Source of the DNA: an uncultured Candidatus Micrarchaeota archaeon
GTDB taxonomy: Archaea > Micrarchaeota > Micrarchaeia > Micrarchaeales > Micrarchaeaceae
Assembly (NCBI GenBank): GCA_963741095.1
Contig: CAVUGN010000004.1
Span: forward strand, 1-64,000
Reading direction: 5' to 3'
Length of the DNA: 64,000 nt
The notes under the pieces were generated by a model that was given only the letters and a program-made list of their open reading frames with translations, was not told the DNA's origin and made no database searches. Positions 39,124 through 48,918 of this stretch are shown in pieces. Both the position numbers and the translations under genes were made by a program. Each line of letters starts with the position of its first letter. Position 1 is the first letter of the stretch.

Positions 39124-39211
39124 TGGGGCCGCCGAGATTTTCAGAGTTTTCCTTTGAACTCGGGTCGCTACCACCCCAAGGTAGAAGCCTTCCAGGCTAG
39201 CAGACGGCCCC
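39124..39211 (-). tRNA. tRNA-Pro(GGG) with 15-nt BHB intron at 59/60 (39138..39152)
   Basis: GGGGCCG...CGGCCCC-A acceptor; CTACC TTGGGGT GGTAG anticodon arm; removing the intron restores TTCAAAT. Confidence 0.92.
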
Positions 39212-39219
39212 ACGTTTAT

Positions 39220-39420
39220 CTATTTCCGCCCGAACTGCATGAATCCGTCGATCAGCTCCACGTTGCTTATGAACATGCGCCGGCAGCAGTACCTCTTGAC
39301 TCCCATGTCGTCGAGCACCTTCTCGGCCGACTCGTGGTCCTTGTTGACGCGCTTGTCGTACTCCTCCCACTTGTCCGCTACCACTGCGCCGCAGCTGAAA
39401 CACCTAACTGGCATCATCAT
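39220..39420 (-). CDS. rpoN: RNA polymerase subunit N (Rpo10)
   Basis: PVRCFSCG...RYCCRRM. Confidence 0.97.
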   Translation of the reverse strand: MMMPVRCFSCGAVVADKWEEYDKRVNKDHESAEKVLDDMGVKRYCCRRMFISNVELIDGFMQFGRK

Positions 39421-39424
39421 AGTA

Positions 39425-39976
39425 TCATCTATACGATTTCTGGAACCTGGCCCTTGCCTTCGGTCCCTTGAACTTCTTCGGCTCTACCCTTCTCGGGTCG
39501 TCGACAAGCATGCTCCTGTCATATTGAAGATAGCCCTTCCTCAGGGTGTCCCCCTCCGAGAAGGCTGAAAGGCCTTTTGCGATCGCGCCCCTGACGGCCT
39601 GCGCCTGTGCGCTCTGGCCTCCTCCTCTGACGCTTATTATCATATCCACATTCTTGAACAGCTCCTCAGTCATGGACGAAACTCCGACCGGCTCGAGCAT
39701 CACGTTCCTCAACGAGACCGGCTCTATCACACCTATGCTGAAGCCATTGACCTTGACCTTGCCGGTGCCCTTCTTTACGGACGCCCTGGCAATCGCCCTC
39801 TTTCTCTTGCTCTTGACGACCACGACCTTCTCGCTCTTCTTCGCGGGCCTCCTTGTCGTGGTCTTCTTCTTCAGCTTTGCGGCTGCTGCAACCGCGGTAG
39901 CATCGGCCGGCTTCAGCTCGATGACCTCGCTAGCTGTTTTAGTTGGCTGGGTTGTCTGTTGTATCGTTTCTGGCAT
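39425..39976 (-). CDS. rps9: 30S ribosomal protein S9 with N-terminal extension
   Basis: KRKRAIARA, GGG..AQA.A, EPKK..G..ARARFQKSYR. Confidence 0.96.
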   Translation of the reverse strand: MPETIQQTTQPTKTASEVIELKPADATAVAAAAKLKKKTTTRRPAKKSEKVVVVKSKRKRAIARASVKKGTGKVKVNGFSIGVIEPVSLRNVMLEPVGVSSMTEELFKNVDMIISVRGGGQSAQAQAVRGAIAKGLSAFSEGDTLRKGYLQYDRSMLVDDPRRVEPKKFKGPKARARFQKSYR

Positions 39977-39980
39977 TAGC

Positions 39981-40430
39981 TCACTTGTCGTAGCCGAGCA
40001 GCTTTGAAAGCTGGCCCACCTTCAGATAGTTAACATAAATCCCCTTCGGGTCCTTCGACTTTATCTCGTTGACCTTGAAGCCCTTCAGCTCCTTCGGTTC
40101 TCCCTGGAAGACCAAAAGCCTCCTGTACGCGTCCTTTCCGCTCGGCTTCTTGTGGTAAGGCAGCATGCCTCGTATGATCCTCCTGACCAGCATGTCCGGC
40201 CTCCTCGACCAGTACGGCGAATGGTCCGGATTCTCCTTCTCCTGAAGGTTCAACCTTACCTTGTACCTCGCGACAGTAACGGCTTTGTTGCCGGTTATTA
40301 TCGCCTGCTCAGCGTTTATCACCGCGATGCTCTTGCCGTTGAGCAACTGCTTCGCGACCACGCTGGCTACCCTTCCCAGCACCTTGTCCTTGGCGTCGTA
40401 AACCTCGTAACTTTTGTCGATTGTCCTCAT
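39981..40430 (-). CDS. rpl13: 50S ribosomal protein L13
   Basis: DA...LGR.AS..AK.LL.G, RGMLP. Confidence 0.96.
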   Translation of the reverse strand: MRTIDKSYEVYDAKDKVLGRVASVVAKQLLNGKSIAVINAEQAIITGNKAVTVARYKVRLNLQEKENPDHSPYWSRRPDMLVRRIIRGMLPYHKKPSGKDAYRRLLVFQGEPKELKGFKVNEIKSKDPKGIYVNYLKVGQLSKLLGYDK

Positions 40431-40437
40431 GCAAGCA

Positions 40438-40788
40438 CTATATCAATACGTGTACCTTCTCAGCGTTAATCATGTCCTTTATGTCGACGATCTTGCAGTC
40501 CGCGGCCTTGAGCGCCTTCAGCGCGCCGGCCGAGAACTCTATCGCGGATATGTTAAACTTGTGCGTTATGGCTCCGGTCGAAAGCACCTTGCCCGGCACG
40601 ACCACGTTCTCCCCGTCCTTCGAGTACTTGTCTATCTTGTACAGGTTCATCGTCGTCCTGTCTCTCGATGGCACTGCCACCAGTCCATAGGTCTTCTTCC
40701 ACAGCTTCGCGTACCTCTTTCCCTTGGCTGCGCTGTCGAGGACCTTGAGCCATTCCTTCACGCTCTGTTTTTCCACGTTTATTTTCAT
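40438..40788 (-). CDS. rpl18e: 50S ribosomal protein L18e
   Basis: NL.KI, VVVPGKVL..G, FS..A. Confidence 0.94.
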   Translation of the reverse strand: MKINVEKQSVKEWLKVLDSAAKGKRYAKLWKKTYGLVAVPSRDRTTMNLYKIDKYSKDGENVVVPGKVLSTGAITHKFNISAIEFSAGALKALKAADCKIVDIKDMINAEKVHVLI

Positions 40789-40797
40789 AGCATCACA

Positions 40798-40909
40798 TGC
40801 GGGGGGTGAGATTTGAACTCACGCAATCTCTAAAGATACAGGAGTTCCGAGCAGTTCCGGAATACCGCACCTCAGTCCTGCGCATTTGGCCAAGCTCTGC
40901 CACCCCCGC
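40798..40909 (-). tRNA. tRNA-Leu(GAG) with 25-nt canonical 37/38 intron (40845..40869)
   Basis: GCGGGGG...CCCCCGC-A, long variable arm, BHB motif with CTGA/TCGG central helix. Confidence 0.92.
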
Positions 40910-40911
40910 CT

Positions 40912-41484
40912 TTAAAGCTTCTTTACCTCCTTCTCGAGTTCCTTCATGTCTTCTTTTATTGATTCTATAGCCTTATTAATTATCTGCTTTGGGGGCATCT
41001 GTCCAAATGTCTCAACATAAAACTCGAACTCGTCATCGCCGGTCTGCTCGAACGTTATGAGGCCCGGCTGGAACTTGGCGTGCGACGTGCCGTCCTTGAG
41101 CACCGCCTTGCCGTCAAGCCTGAGCCTCTGCTCGTTGGCCAGCTTCATGACCGGTATGTTCTCGTTCGCGACCTTCACTTCCTTGTCCGCCACGACGAAA
41201 TCTCTTGAATAAACGGTCTTCGGGCCTGTCGCGTCGAGGGTGAAGAGTATCTCCTCCTTCTCGCCGTAGCCCTCTGGAGTCAGTATCGGTATCAATCCTA
41301 TCCGGTGCGCTATGTACTCGTCGAACATCGCGCTCGAATTCTCGTAGAACGTCACCTTGTCGATCGCGAAGGTCTTGACGTGGCTCGTTGCCATTCGCCT
41401 GAGCGCGTTCGCGTAGTTGTTGCTCGCACCGCTGAGCTTGAACCTGAACACTTTGCTGTTATCCTCTAATATCTCGATTTTCAT
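40912..41484 (-). CDS. rpoD: RNA polymerase subunit D (Rpo3), short form without Fe-S domain
   Basis: ANALRR, DEYIAHRIGLIP, HAKFQP, VETFGQ. Confidence 0.95.
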   Translation of the reverse strand: MKIEILEDNSKVFRFKLSGASNNYANALRRMATSHVKTFAIDKVTFYENSSAMFDEYIAHRIGLIPILTPEGYGEKEEILFTLDATGPKTVYSRDFVVADKEVKVANENIPVMKLANEQRLRLDGKAVLKDGTSHAKFQPGLITFEQTGDDEFEFYVETFGQMPPKQIINKAIESIKEDMKELEKEVKKL

Positions 41485-41495
41485 GGCTTCACTTC

Positions 41496-42167
41496 TTGAT
41501 AAAACCAGCAGAAATATATATAGTTATAGATAATAGCTTTTATAATGTTTTTGGTGTTGCTCTGACCTTCGAGAAACTGTTCAAAACCGACATTCTTGGC
41601 AGGGATTTCAACAACGACCGCTATCTGCGATGCTACAAGGAGAGGACGAACATCTCGAAGTCGAAGATCGACACCTACTCCAATTCGAAGTACCTTGCGG
41701 ACTACGAGCACTATTCAACGAAGTACGGCGTGCTTTCCACAAGGTATTCCTCGGCATTGTCGCTTAGCTACGACCTCCTGATCGGCTTCTACAACGTCGA
41801 CACGCGGGAATCGCTGACCTGCAGGACCTTCCTTCTGGATTTGAGCGTCAAGAACGTTCTGGAGAGCTATCTCAACGCGCTGAAGCTCAGGAAACAGACA
41901 AACATCGAGGCCAGGATAATCGGCCTGCAGACCGGGCAGGAGTTCAACTACCTCTACGACCTGGCAGAGCTCATCAATTCAAGGGACATAAAGCTGGTCG
42001 AGGTGGACCTTTTCGGCACGGAACTCAGACACATCGCATTCGACACAAGGCTGGGCACGACGCACAACGTGCTGCTCGAAGACAGGCTCTACAGGGCCGG
42101 GGAGCTCAAGAACTACACGACCATGGAGCAATTCAAGGAGAGCAGGCCAAAGGCGGCACCGCGATAG
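41496..42167 (+). CDS. Hypothetical protein with CheD-like C-terminal fold
   Basis: IEARIIG and IKLVEVDLFG...R.I.FDT..G resemble CheD; start uncertain. Confidence 0.55.
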   Translation: MIKPAEIYIVIDNSFYNVFGVALTFEKLFKTDILGRDFNNDRYLRCYKERTNISKSKIDTYSNSKYLADYEHYSTKYGVLSTRYSSALSLSYDLLIGFYNVDTRESLTCRTFLLDLSVKNVLESYLNALKLRKQTNIEARIIGLQTGQEFNYLYDLAELINSRDIKLVEVDLFGTELRHIAFDTRLGTTHNVLLEDRLYRAGELKNYTTMEQFKESRPKAAPR

Positions 42168-42168
42168 C

Positions 42169-42918
42169 ATGGCGACAAAGGCAAAACTGAACGCGGTCGT
42201 CCGATTGCTGAACAAAGAAGTCAAGATAAAGAGCATAGAAGACAACTCGCGGAACGGCCTTCAAGTCCGCGCTTCGAAAAGCATAGGCAAGGTGGGGCTT
42301 GCGACCGACGCATGCATGGATTCCTTCAAGGCCGCGAAAAGGCTGGGCTGCGACCTCCTCATCGTGCATCACGGCATCTTCTGGAAGGGCGAGAAGGACA
42401 CGATGGGCATGAACAAGAAAAGGGTGCGGTTCCTCAAAAAGAACGGGATCTCGCTCTATGCGGCGCACTTGCCCCTCGACAAGAGCAGGAAGTATGGCCA
42501 CAACACCTACCTGTTCAGCATGTTGGGCGCAAAACCCGTAGCGCAGTTCGGGGGTGTGGGATATCTCGGCTATCTGAGCAGACCCAGAAGCTTAGACGCA
42601 ATAACAAAAGAGATAAACCTGAATCTCGGCACCAAATGCCGCGTCTGGGGGTTCGGCAAGAAAAAGATAAGACGGATAGCTGCAGTTTCCGGCGCTGGCT
42701 CCTCGGACATACCGGAAGCCATCAAAAAGAATGCCGATCTTTTCATAACCGGCGAGGCCTTCTCCTGGATGTACTACACTGCAAAAGAGTGCAAGTTCAA
42801 CGTCATACTCGCGGGCCATTACAAGACCGAAACCAGCGGCGTCAAGGCGCTGGGTAGGCTTCTAGAGAAGAAATTCGGATTGAAGACAGTCTTCATAGAC
42901 CTACCGACGGGCCTATGA
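42169..42918 (+). CDS. Nif3/YbgI-like dinuclear metal centre protein
   Basis: NGLQV, HHGIFW, HLPLD, GHYKTE. Confidence 0.93.
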   Translation: MATKAKLNAVVRLLNKEVKIKSIEDNSRNGLQVRASKSIGKVGLATDACMDSFKAAKRLGCDLLIVHHGIFWKGEKDTMGMNKKRVRFLKKNGISLYAAHLPLDKSRKYGHNTYLFSMLGAKPVAQFGGVGYLGYLSRPRSLDAITKEINLNLGTKCRVWGFGKKKIRRIAAVSGAGSSDIPEAIKKNADLFITGEAFSWMYYTAKECKFNVILAGHYKTETSGVKALGRLLEKKFGLKTVFIDLPTGL

Positions 42919-42944
42919 CTCCATGCACCCTCGAGCCTCTGCGG

Positions 42945-43523
42945 TCAATCAAGCTTCTTGACAAACAGGTCGCTGTGCAAGGCTCCCTCGCCCGTGAGTA
43001 CGCTCTTCTTCAGCTTCACCTCTTTGCACTCGAAGTTGCCGAAATCCGTGTCCTTGTATTTCTCTATGAACGCCCTGGCCCTCTCGGTGGTGATCCGGTC
43101 GAACCTCTTCAGCCTCAGCATCGTCACGTGCGGCGTGAACTCCTCCTTCTCCAGCTTCATCATCGCCGGCAGTTTGCCGGAGACCGCTTCGTGCATGGCG
43201 TTCAGCTCGTCAGCACCGTAGAGTATGTTCGCGAAGACCACGCGCGGCCTCCTTATCGTGAATGTCCCGGCACCGTGCAGCGATACGCCGAACTCCTTGC
43301 AGTCCATCCCGGCCAAAACGGCTTTTACCGTCTCCACCTGCGTCGCGTCGAGATAGCCCAGGAAAAAGAGCGTTATGTGCATCTGGTCCGCGGCAACGGT
43401 CCTTATGCCGTCCGATTCTGCCTCCTTTGCTGCCGCGCAAATCCTCTCCTTTATCCCGTCGGGAATATCGACTGCTATGAACGCCCGGACCCTCTCGCCT
43501 GGAATTGCCTGCATTTTACCCAT
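42945..43523 (-). CDS. thpR: RNA 2',3'-cyclic phosphodiesterase (2H family)
   Basis: RAFIAVD; HITL and PHVT motifs. Confidence 0.93.
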   Translation of the reverse strand: MGKMQAIPGERVRAFIAVDIPDGIKERICAAAKEAESDGIRTVAADQMHITLFFLGYLDATQVETVKAVLAGMDCKEFGVSLHGAGTFTIRRPRVVFANILYGADELNAMHEAVSGKLPAMMKLEKEEFTPHVTMLRLKRFDRITTERARAFIEKYKDTDFGNFECKEVKLKKSVLTGEGALHSDLFVKKLD

Positions 43524-43589
43524 AGTGATTTAGCCACTCCTTTAAAATACTAACTGCCTTAAACTTCTACCGAAATTCGTGGTGCTAGA

Positions 43590-44255
43590 GTGGACTATTC
43601 CGATACGACCGTGCTTATACCAGTCAAGGACGAGCCCGCGGCGGGCAAGGTGACAAAAGAAGTCCTGAACAGGCTCAGCAACTGCAAGGTGATCGTGGTC
43701 TACAAGGGCGACAGGAGCTCATTGAACATAGATTTCACTAACCGGAACCTGCTCATCATTAAGCAGCGCGGCTCCGGCAAGGGAGTCGCCTGCGTCCAGG
43801 CAAGGAAGAGCATAAAGACCGACATACTGTGCCTGATAGACGGCGATGCTACCTACGACGTGGACGACCTGAAGAAGGTGATAACCATGGTGCGAGAGGG
43901 CATGGACATGGCGGTCGGCAACAGGTTCAAGAACATCAGCAGGGAGGCGATGCCGTTCTACATAGAGCTGGGCAACAGGGCCATAACGCAGACCGCCAAT
44001 CTGCTCTACAACCTGAAGCTCACAGATTCCCAGACGGGCCTCAGGGCGATGAAGAGCTACGTCTTCAACTCGCTTGACCTGAAGGAGAAGTATTTCGGCA
44101 TAGAGACCGAGATGAACGTCAAGGCGAAGAAGGCGGGCTACAAGATCGGCGAGGTGCCGATACACTACTACAAGAGAGTCGGGAGCTCCAAGCAGATGAA
44201 GCTGATCGACGGCATAAAGCTGTGGCTGATCGACTTCAAATTCCTCTTCAACTGA
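43590..44255 (+). CDS. GT2 glycosyltransferase (DPM-like)
   Basis: IDGDATY, GNRF, DSQTGLRA, R.G.SK. Confidence 0.9.
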   Translation: MDYSDTTVLIPVKDEPAAGKVTKEVLNRLSNCKVIVVYKGDRSSLNIDFTNRNLLIIKQRGSGKGVACVQARKSIKTDILCLIDGDATYDVDDLKKVITMVREGMDMAVGNRFKNISREAMPFYIELGNRAITQTANLLYNLKLTDSQTGLRAMKSYVFNSLDLKEKYFGIETEMNVKAKKAGYKIGEVPIHYYKRVGSSKQMKLIDGIKLWLIDFKFLFN

Positions 44256-45818
44256 TCAGGACCTTGCGAACCTCAGGGAGTAATCCGCGAGCAGCGCAAT
44301 CGCCGTCCCGATGACCGGCAGTCGCCTGCTCATCCTCTTCAAACCGTCGAGATCCTTTGCGGTCACGCCCTTCAGCAATGCCAGCATGGGCGGATAGACC
44401 ACCATCTGCTCTATCGCTATGCCCGCCAGCAAGCCTATGGAATTGTTGGGGAACAGCAGCATTATGGGAACGAAGACGAGCACGCTGATCACACCCGCAA
44501 GCGCTATCCTAAGCGGCCTGTCCAATTCCAGCCTCACCTTGAGTGCCAGGCTCGATTCGCGCGCGAACAGAAGCACCGAGGCTATCGGCGTTATCACGTA
44601 GATCAGCACAACCATGCCCAGGCCTCCGAACTCCGGGATCAGCAGCGCCATAGCCACGAGCTGCAAAGCGGTGAGCACGACATAGCTCCTGAGAAGAGCC
44701 TTGACCTTGTTGCCGCTTATGAGCAGCGTGGAGGTGTACGCTGCGATTATGTTGATCAGGACCCCGACGCCCACTATGGAAACGTACAGCGGCGCCAGGG
44801 TGTACTCGCCGCTGAAGGCCGTGAAGGTGAACGGCTTGGATAGGAGGGCAACGGACAGCAGAACCGGAATCATTATCATCAGCGAAACGTAGATCGAATA
44901 GTTGTACAACCTGCTCAGGCTGCCCTTCTTCTGCTTCGTGGCAATCGTGGAGGCGAAGGCCGGCAGCAACGACACGCTTATCGATTCCGCGAAAGCGCCC
45001 ACGAAAGAGCCCACCTTCGACGCGATGCCCACGTTGCCAACCACGGCGGTCGTCGCATACACTCCCAGGACCATCACGGCCAGGCTGCTGACCATCGCCG
45101 ACAATGCGCTCGTCGCCGCAATCGGCAGCGAGAATTTGAATATGCTGCCGATCGCTTCGAAGGAAGGCATAACGAGCTTAACATGGTTGACGAAGAATAT
45201 CACGTACAGCGCGTACACTATCTGCGACACCCCGCCCAGAAGCAATCCCAGTATGGGCGCCAGCGCCCCGAAGCCCGCCAGCGCGAGCGACACACTCACT
45301 ATGGTCTGCACCACCACCTGCGCCATCAGCATCAGAGCGAAGTGGATGCCCTTTCCGAAGCCGACCATCGCGTTGTTCAGCGCGGTCGCGATCATGCCCA
45401 CAACGACCATGAATGCAGCCAGCTGCAGCACGTACGCATAGGCCGCGTTGTGCAGCACCAGCGACGCGAGAATCCCGCTCAGCGCTAAAGCCGTAATGGT
45501 GAGCACAATCCCAAGAATCAGGGAGGCGAACAGGCCGTTGGAGATGAGCTCGTCTATCTTGCCTATCCTGCCAAGCGTTTTGTGCTCTGCTATAAACTTG
45601 TTGAACGCCGTGCCTATGCCGAAATCGCTGGCCATGCTGAACAGGCCGGCAACGGCTATCGCCTCGGTGTAGATGCCGTAGACGCTGGGGCCGAGGATCC
45701 TTGCGACCACGATCAGCGCCAGGCCCGCGATGAGCATCCCGATTATCTTGGAGACGAATATGTAGCTCGCCAGCCCTGCGGTCTTCGCGCCCATCTCGTT
45801 TGAATAAACATCATCCAT
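44256..45818 (-). CDS. Oligosaccharide flippase (Wzx/AglR-like MOP family)
   Basis: About 14 TM helices; ARILGP..YG, DFGI. Confidence 0.88.
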   Translation of the reverse strand: MDDVYSNEMGAKTAGLASYIFVSKIIGMLIAGLALIVVARILGPSVYGIYTEAIAVAGLFSMASDFGIGTAFNKFIAEHKTLGRIGKIDELISNGLFASLILGIVLTITALALSGILASLVLHNAAYAYVLQLAAFMVVVGMIATALNNAMVGFGKGIHFALMLMAQVVVQTIVSVSLALAGFGALAPILGLLLGGVSQIVYALYVIFFVNHVKLVMPSFEAIGSIFKFSLPIAATSALSAMVSSLAVMVLGVYATTAVVGNVGIASKVGSFVGAFAESISVSLLPAFASTIATKQKKGSLSRLYNYSIYVSLMIMIPVLLSVALLSKPFTFTAFSGEYTLAPLYVSIVGVGVLINIIAAYTSTLLISGNKVKALLRSYVVLTALQLVAMALLIPEFGGLGMVVLIYVITPIASVLLFARESSLALKVRLELDRPLRIALAGVISVLVFVPIMLLFPNNSIGLLAGIAIEQMVVYPPMLALLKGVTAKDLDGLKRMSRRLPVIGTAIALLADYSLRFARS

Positions 45819-45825
45819 GCACTCA

Positions 45826-46530
45826 TCATCCCATGGTCGATTTCAGGGTCGGCAGCACGTGCCTGAACCCGAACTTCGAGCTGCCCTCCTTCCTAATGTG
45901 AAAGGTCGTATAATAAACTTCCCCGATGCTGCTGCGCCGGTCCATCAGCTTCAGTATGTCGAGAAGCACCTTGTAGCCCTCTCCTACGAACCTGCCCCTG
46001 CGCCTCGCTATCATGTCCCTGAACATCGGGGCGTCTATGCCGAAGAAGCCGGACATCATGTCGCTGCAGGTCCTTTTGTTCTGCAGCGCGAACGAGATGC
46101 GCGACAGCGAGTCCATGCCTCTCGATATCGCCTTCCTGCGGACGCCCCAATCCCTGACGCGCGTCCTCACCCCGACGACCAGGTTGTAGCGGTCCAGAGC
46201 TTTTGCGATGCTCCCCACCTTGGCCGGCGGGTGCTGCATGTCGCCGTCCATGACGACGATCTTCCGTGTTCCCGCAATCGTTGCGGCATCGAGCACGCTT
46301 GCTGTGAGCCCGTGCTCTTTCTTCTGCGACCTGTCGAGAAGCCTTATGCGGCCGTTCCTCCTTCCAAGCGCCCGCACCGCGTCACGCGTGCCGTCGTCAG
46401 AGCCGTCGTCGGACACTATTATGCTCGCGTTGGCGTACCTTTTCGTCAGCGCGCCCAGTACCTTCTTTATGCTGTCCCTCTCATTCAGCGTGGGTATTAT
46501 TACGGTCAGGTCAGAATAGTCCAATTCCAA
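45826..46530 (-). CDS. Polyprenol-phosphate mannosyltransferase-like GT2
   Basis: PTLNE, DDGS.DGT, MDGD.QHPP, D.MSGFF, G.SK. Confidence 0.9.
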   Translation of the reverse strand: MELDYSDLTVIIPTLNERDSIKKVLGALTKRYANASIIVSDDGSDDGTRDAVRALGRRNGRIRLLDRSQKKEHGLTASVLDAATIAGTRKIVVMDGDMQHPPAKVGSIAKALDRYNLVVGVRTRVRDWGVRRKAISRGMDSLSRISFALQNKRTCSDMMSGFFGIDAPMFRDMIARRRGRFVGEGYKVLLDILKLMDRRSSIGEVYYTTFHIRKEGSSKFGFRHVLPTLKSTMG

Positions 46531-46662
46531 GCACCACGATCAAACCGCAACACCCGGACCACAGAATAAGCCGTGCGTGTCCGGCGGTTGAAATAGATAT
46601 AAAAATATAAAGATATAATAACTACTGTCTGCAATTTGCTCTATCTCTGTAGGCGATTTGAC

Positions 46663-48918
46663 ATGGAAGACCCAAAGGTAAAAACGCGCGGCTTTGACCG
46701 GCGCAAATCCATCCAGTCGGCAAAGGAAAAATGCGGGTCGGTGCTGAAGGCGTTCACCGCGGCAGCGCTGCTGTACCTGGTGATCGCGCTTGCGATCTTC
46801 TACCCGATAACGCTCAACATGTTCGCCTCGGCGCCCGGTTCGGGCGCTAGCCCGTTCCAGAACCTCTGGAACATCTGGTGGGTCAACTACGCGCTGCTCA
46901 ATCTGCACGCCAGCATATACTCGACCAGCCTGCTCTTCTGGCCCGTCGGTGCAAACCTGACCTTCCAGGCCATGGCACCGCTCACAGCGCTGCTGTCCGC
47001 GCCATTCCAGTTGGCCGGGGTCGCGTTCTCCTACAACCTCATGTTCATGCTGGGCTTCGCGTTCTCCGGAGCGGCGATGTTCCTGCTCGCGCGTTATCTC
47101 GTCAAGAACGGTTACGCCGCTTTCATCGCAGGGCTCGTGTTCACCTTCAGCGCCTTCCACATAGCGCAGTCCTACGCCAACCTCGGCTTCGTGTTCATAG
47201 GCTGGGTCCCGCTCTTCCTGTACTTCACGCTCAGGATCCTCAGGGAAAAAAGGAACTACTGGAGCATACTGGGCATGTCCCTGTCTTTCGCGTTCGCAAC
47301 GCTGATGGGCAACGCCGAGCAGAGCCTGATGCTTCTCATGCTGCTGGCGCTCATCGTTCTGATGTACGCGATAAACAAACGCACGCGAAGCAGGGTGTTC
47401 AACAGGGACTTTGCAGTCTCGATGGCGCTTTTTGCGGCGGCTGCCCTCCTGATCGGTTCCTGGAGCTTTGTCCCCATGCTCGGAGCGCTGCTCAAGCCCG
47501 GCGGATTGTCCGCAGTGAATCTGGCGAACACTGCCAAGTACAGCGAGACCTGGAGCAGCGATCTGCTGTCCTTCTTCGTGCCCAGCTATTACAACGGAAT
47601 ATTCTCATTCATGAACGCGTCCTCGATCTACGGTTCGCTGTACTCCGGTTATGAGCTGGGCGAGCGCACGGCGTACGTGGGTTTCACCGCGATTGCGCTT
47701 TCGCTGTATGGGATGTTCCAGAACCGAAAGCGTTCTCTGCCCTGGCTGGCGCTGGCTGTCGTGTTCGGCTGGCTTGCAATCGGGCCCTACCTGCAAATAG
47801 CGGGCACCATGACCCAGATACCGGGGCTGTACCAGCTCTACCATCTCATACCGGCGCTCAATTCGATCAGCGAGCCCGGAAGGTTCAACCTGATACTGAC
47901 CATGATGGTTGCGATACTCTCCGCTTTCGGCGCCAAGGCGCTGATCGAAAAATTCGGAGAGGCAGGAACCAAAAAGAAGGCGCTCTATCTGGCAGTTGCG
48001 TTGTCGCTGCTCATACTGGTGGAAAGCAACGGTATGCCTCTTGGCTCCAGCGCCATAGCGGGCAAGGTGTCTACATCCGTCATACCCTCCAACGTCTACA
48101 CCGAACTGTCGAACCTGCCCGGCAACTTCTCCGTCATCCTGCTGCCCGCGCTTGATACGCAGACATCCGCAATGGCGACCTACTACACCTCCATAATGCA
48201 CAAGCCCATCGTCGGGGGCTACGTGAGCAGACCGAATCTCACGGAAGAGCTGTCCATCTACAACATACCTCTGGCAATCCAATCATCGACCCTGGCATCG
48301 GAGGGCGCGGCCACCTTCGAATCTCCGGTGAACGAGAATTTCACGAACCAGACGCTGCTGTCGCTGTACAATTACAACACCTCGTTTGTCCTGGTGCAGA
48401 AGAACGCCTACAAAAACAGCACCTCGCTGCTGGAGCTGCTCAACTACCTGGTCAAAACCTTCGGAAACCCGGTCTACAACGACAACACCACCACCGCATT
48501 CACGACCGCGAATTCAGTGGACAGGTCGCTGTTCAGGAGTTACGTCTCCTACCCTATAGTGACCGAATGGCAGGAGGTGCCCGTGCCCTTCAACGGCACC
48601 ATCACAAGGATGTGGCTGCCCTCGAGCCCCGGCGCGATGGCCGTCTATGCGCCCTACCTGACATCGCCGCTCATCCAGCAATCCGTCAACACCACCCTGA
48701 CGTTCGAGGCGCTGGCGCCCAAGCCGTCAGTTTTGCTGATCGAAGAGCAGTCGTCTTCCGGCATAGCCCGTATCGCCGCGGTGAACGTGTCGGGGTCGCT
48801 GAGACCGTACCGCGTGAACGCGACGCTGGTGTCGGGGCCGCGGGGCAACCTGCTCTTCTTCATGGAGGACCAGGACTATCCGATATACGTGAGCAACATA
48901 ACCTACTCTAAGGGATGA
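46663..48918 (+). CDS. GT-C fold membrane glycosyltransferase (YfhO-like)
   Basis: Q.LWN.WW, FWP.G, FS.FH, P.RF, KPIVGGY; multi-TM with extracellular C-terminus. Confidence 0.75.
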   Translation: MEDPKVKTRGFDRRKSIQSAKEKCGSVLKAFTAAALLYLVIALAIFYPITLNMFASAPGSGASPFQNLWNIWWVNYALLNLHASIYSTSLLFWPVGANLTFQAMAPLTALLSAPFQLAGVAFSYNLMFMLGFAFSGAAMFLLARYLVKNGYAAFIAGLVFTFSAFHIAQSYANLGFVFIGWVPLFLYFTLRILREKRNYWSILGMSLSFAFATLMGNAEQSLMLLMLLALIVLMYAINKRTRSRVFNRDFAVSMALFAAAALLIGSWSFVPMLGALLKPGGLSAVNLANTAKYSETWSSDLLSFFVPSYYNGIFSFMNASSIYGSLYSGYELGERTAYVGFTAIALSLYGMFQNRKRSLPWLALAVVFGWLAIGPYLQIAGTMTQIPGLYQLYHLIPALNSISEPGRFNLILTMMVAILSAFGAKALIEKFGEAGTKKKALYLAVALSLLILVESNGMPLGSSAIAGKVSTSVIPSNVYTELSNLPGNFSVILLPALDTQTSAMATYYTSIMHKPIVGGYVSRPNLTEELSIYNIPLAIQSSTLASEGAATFESPVNENFTNQTLLSLYNYNTSFVLVQKNAYKNSTSLLELLNYLVKTFGNPVYNDNTTTAFTTANSVDRSLFRSYVSYPIVTEWQEVPVPFNGTITRMWLPSSPGAMAVYAPYLTSPLIQQSVNTTLTFEALAPKPSVLLIEEQSSSGIARIAAVNVSGSLRPYRVNATLVSGPRGNLLFFMEDQDYPIYVSNITYSKG

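Noticed and set aside
39090-39128. CCCAGTC/GACTGGG inverted repeat at the tRNA-Pro 3' trailer as a split-tRNA leader
   Set aside because: It is only 7 bp and the tRNA is complete in cis, so it is probably chance or a processing hairpin.
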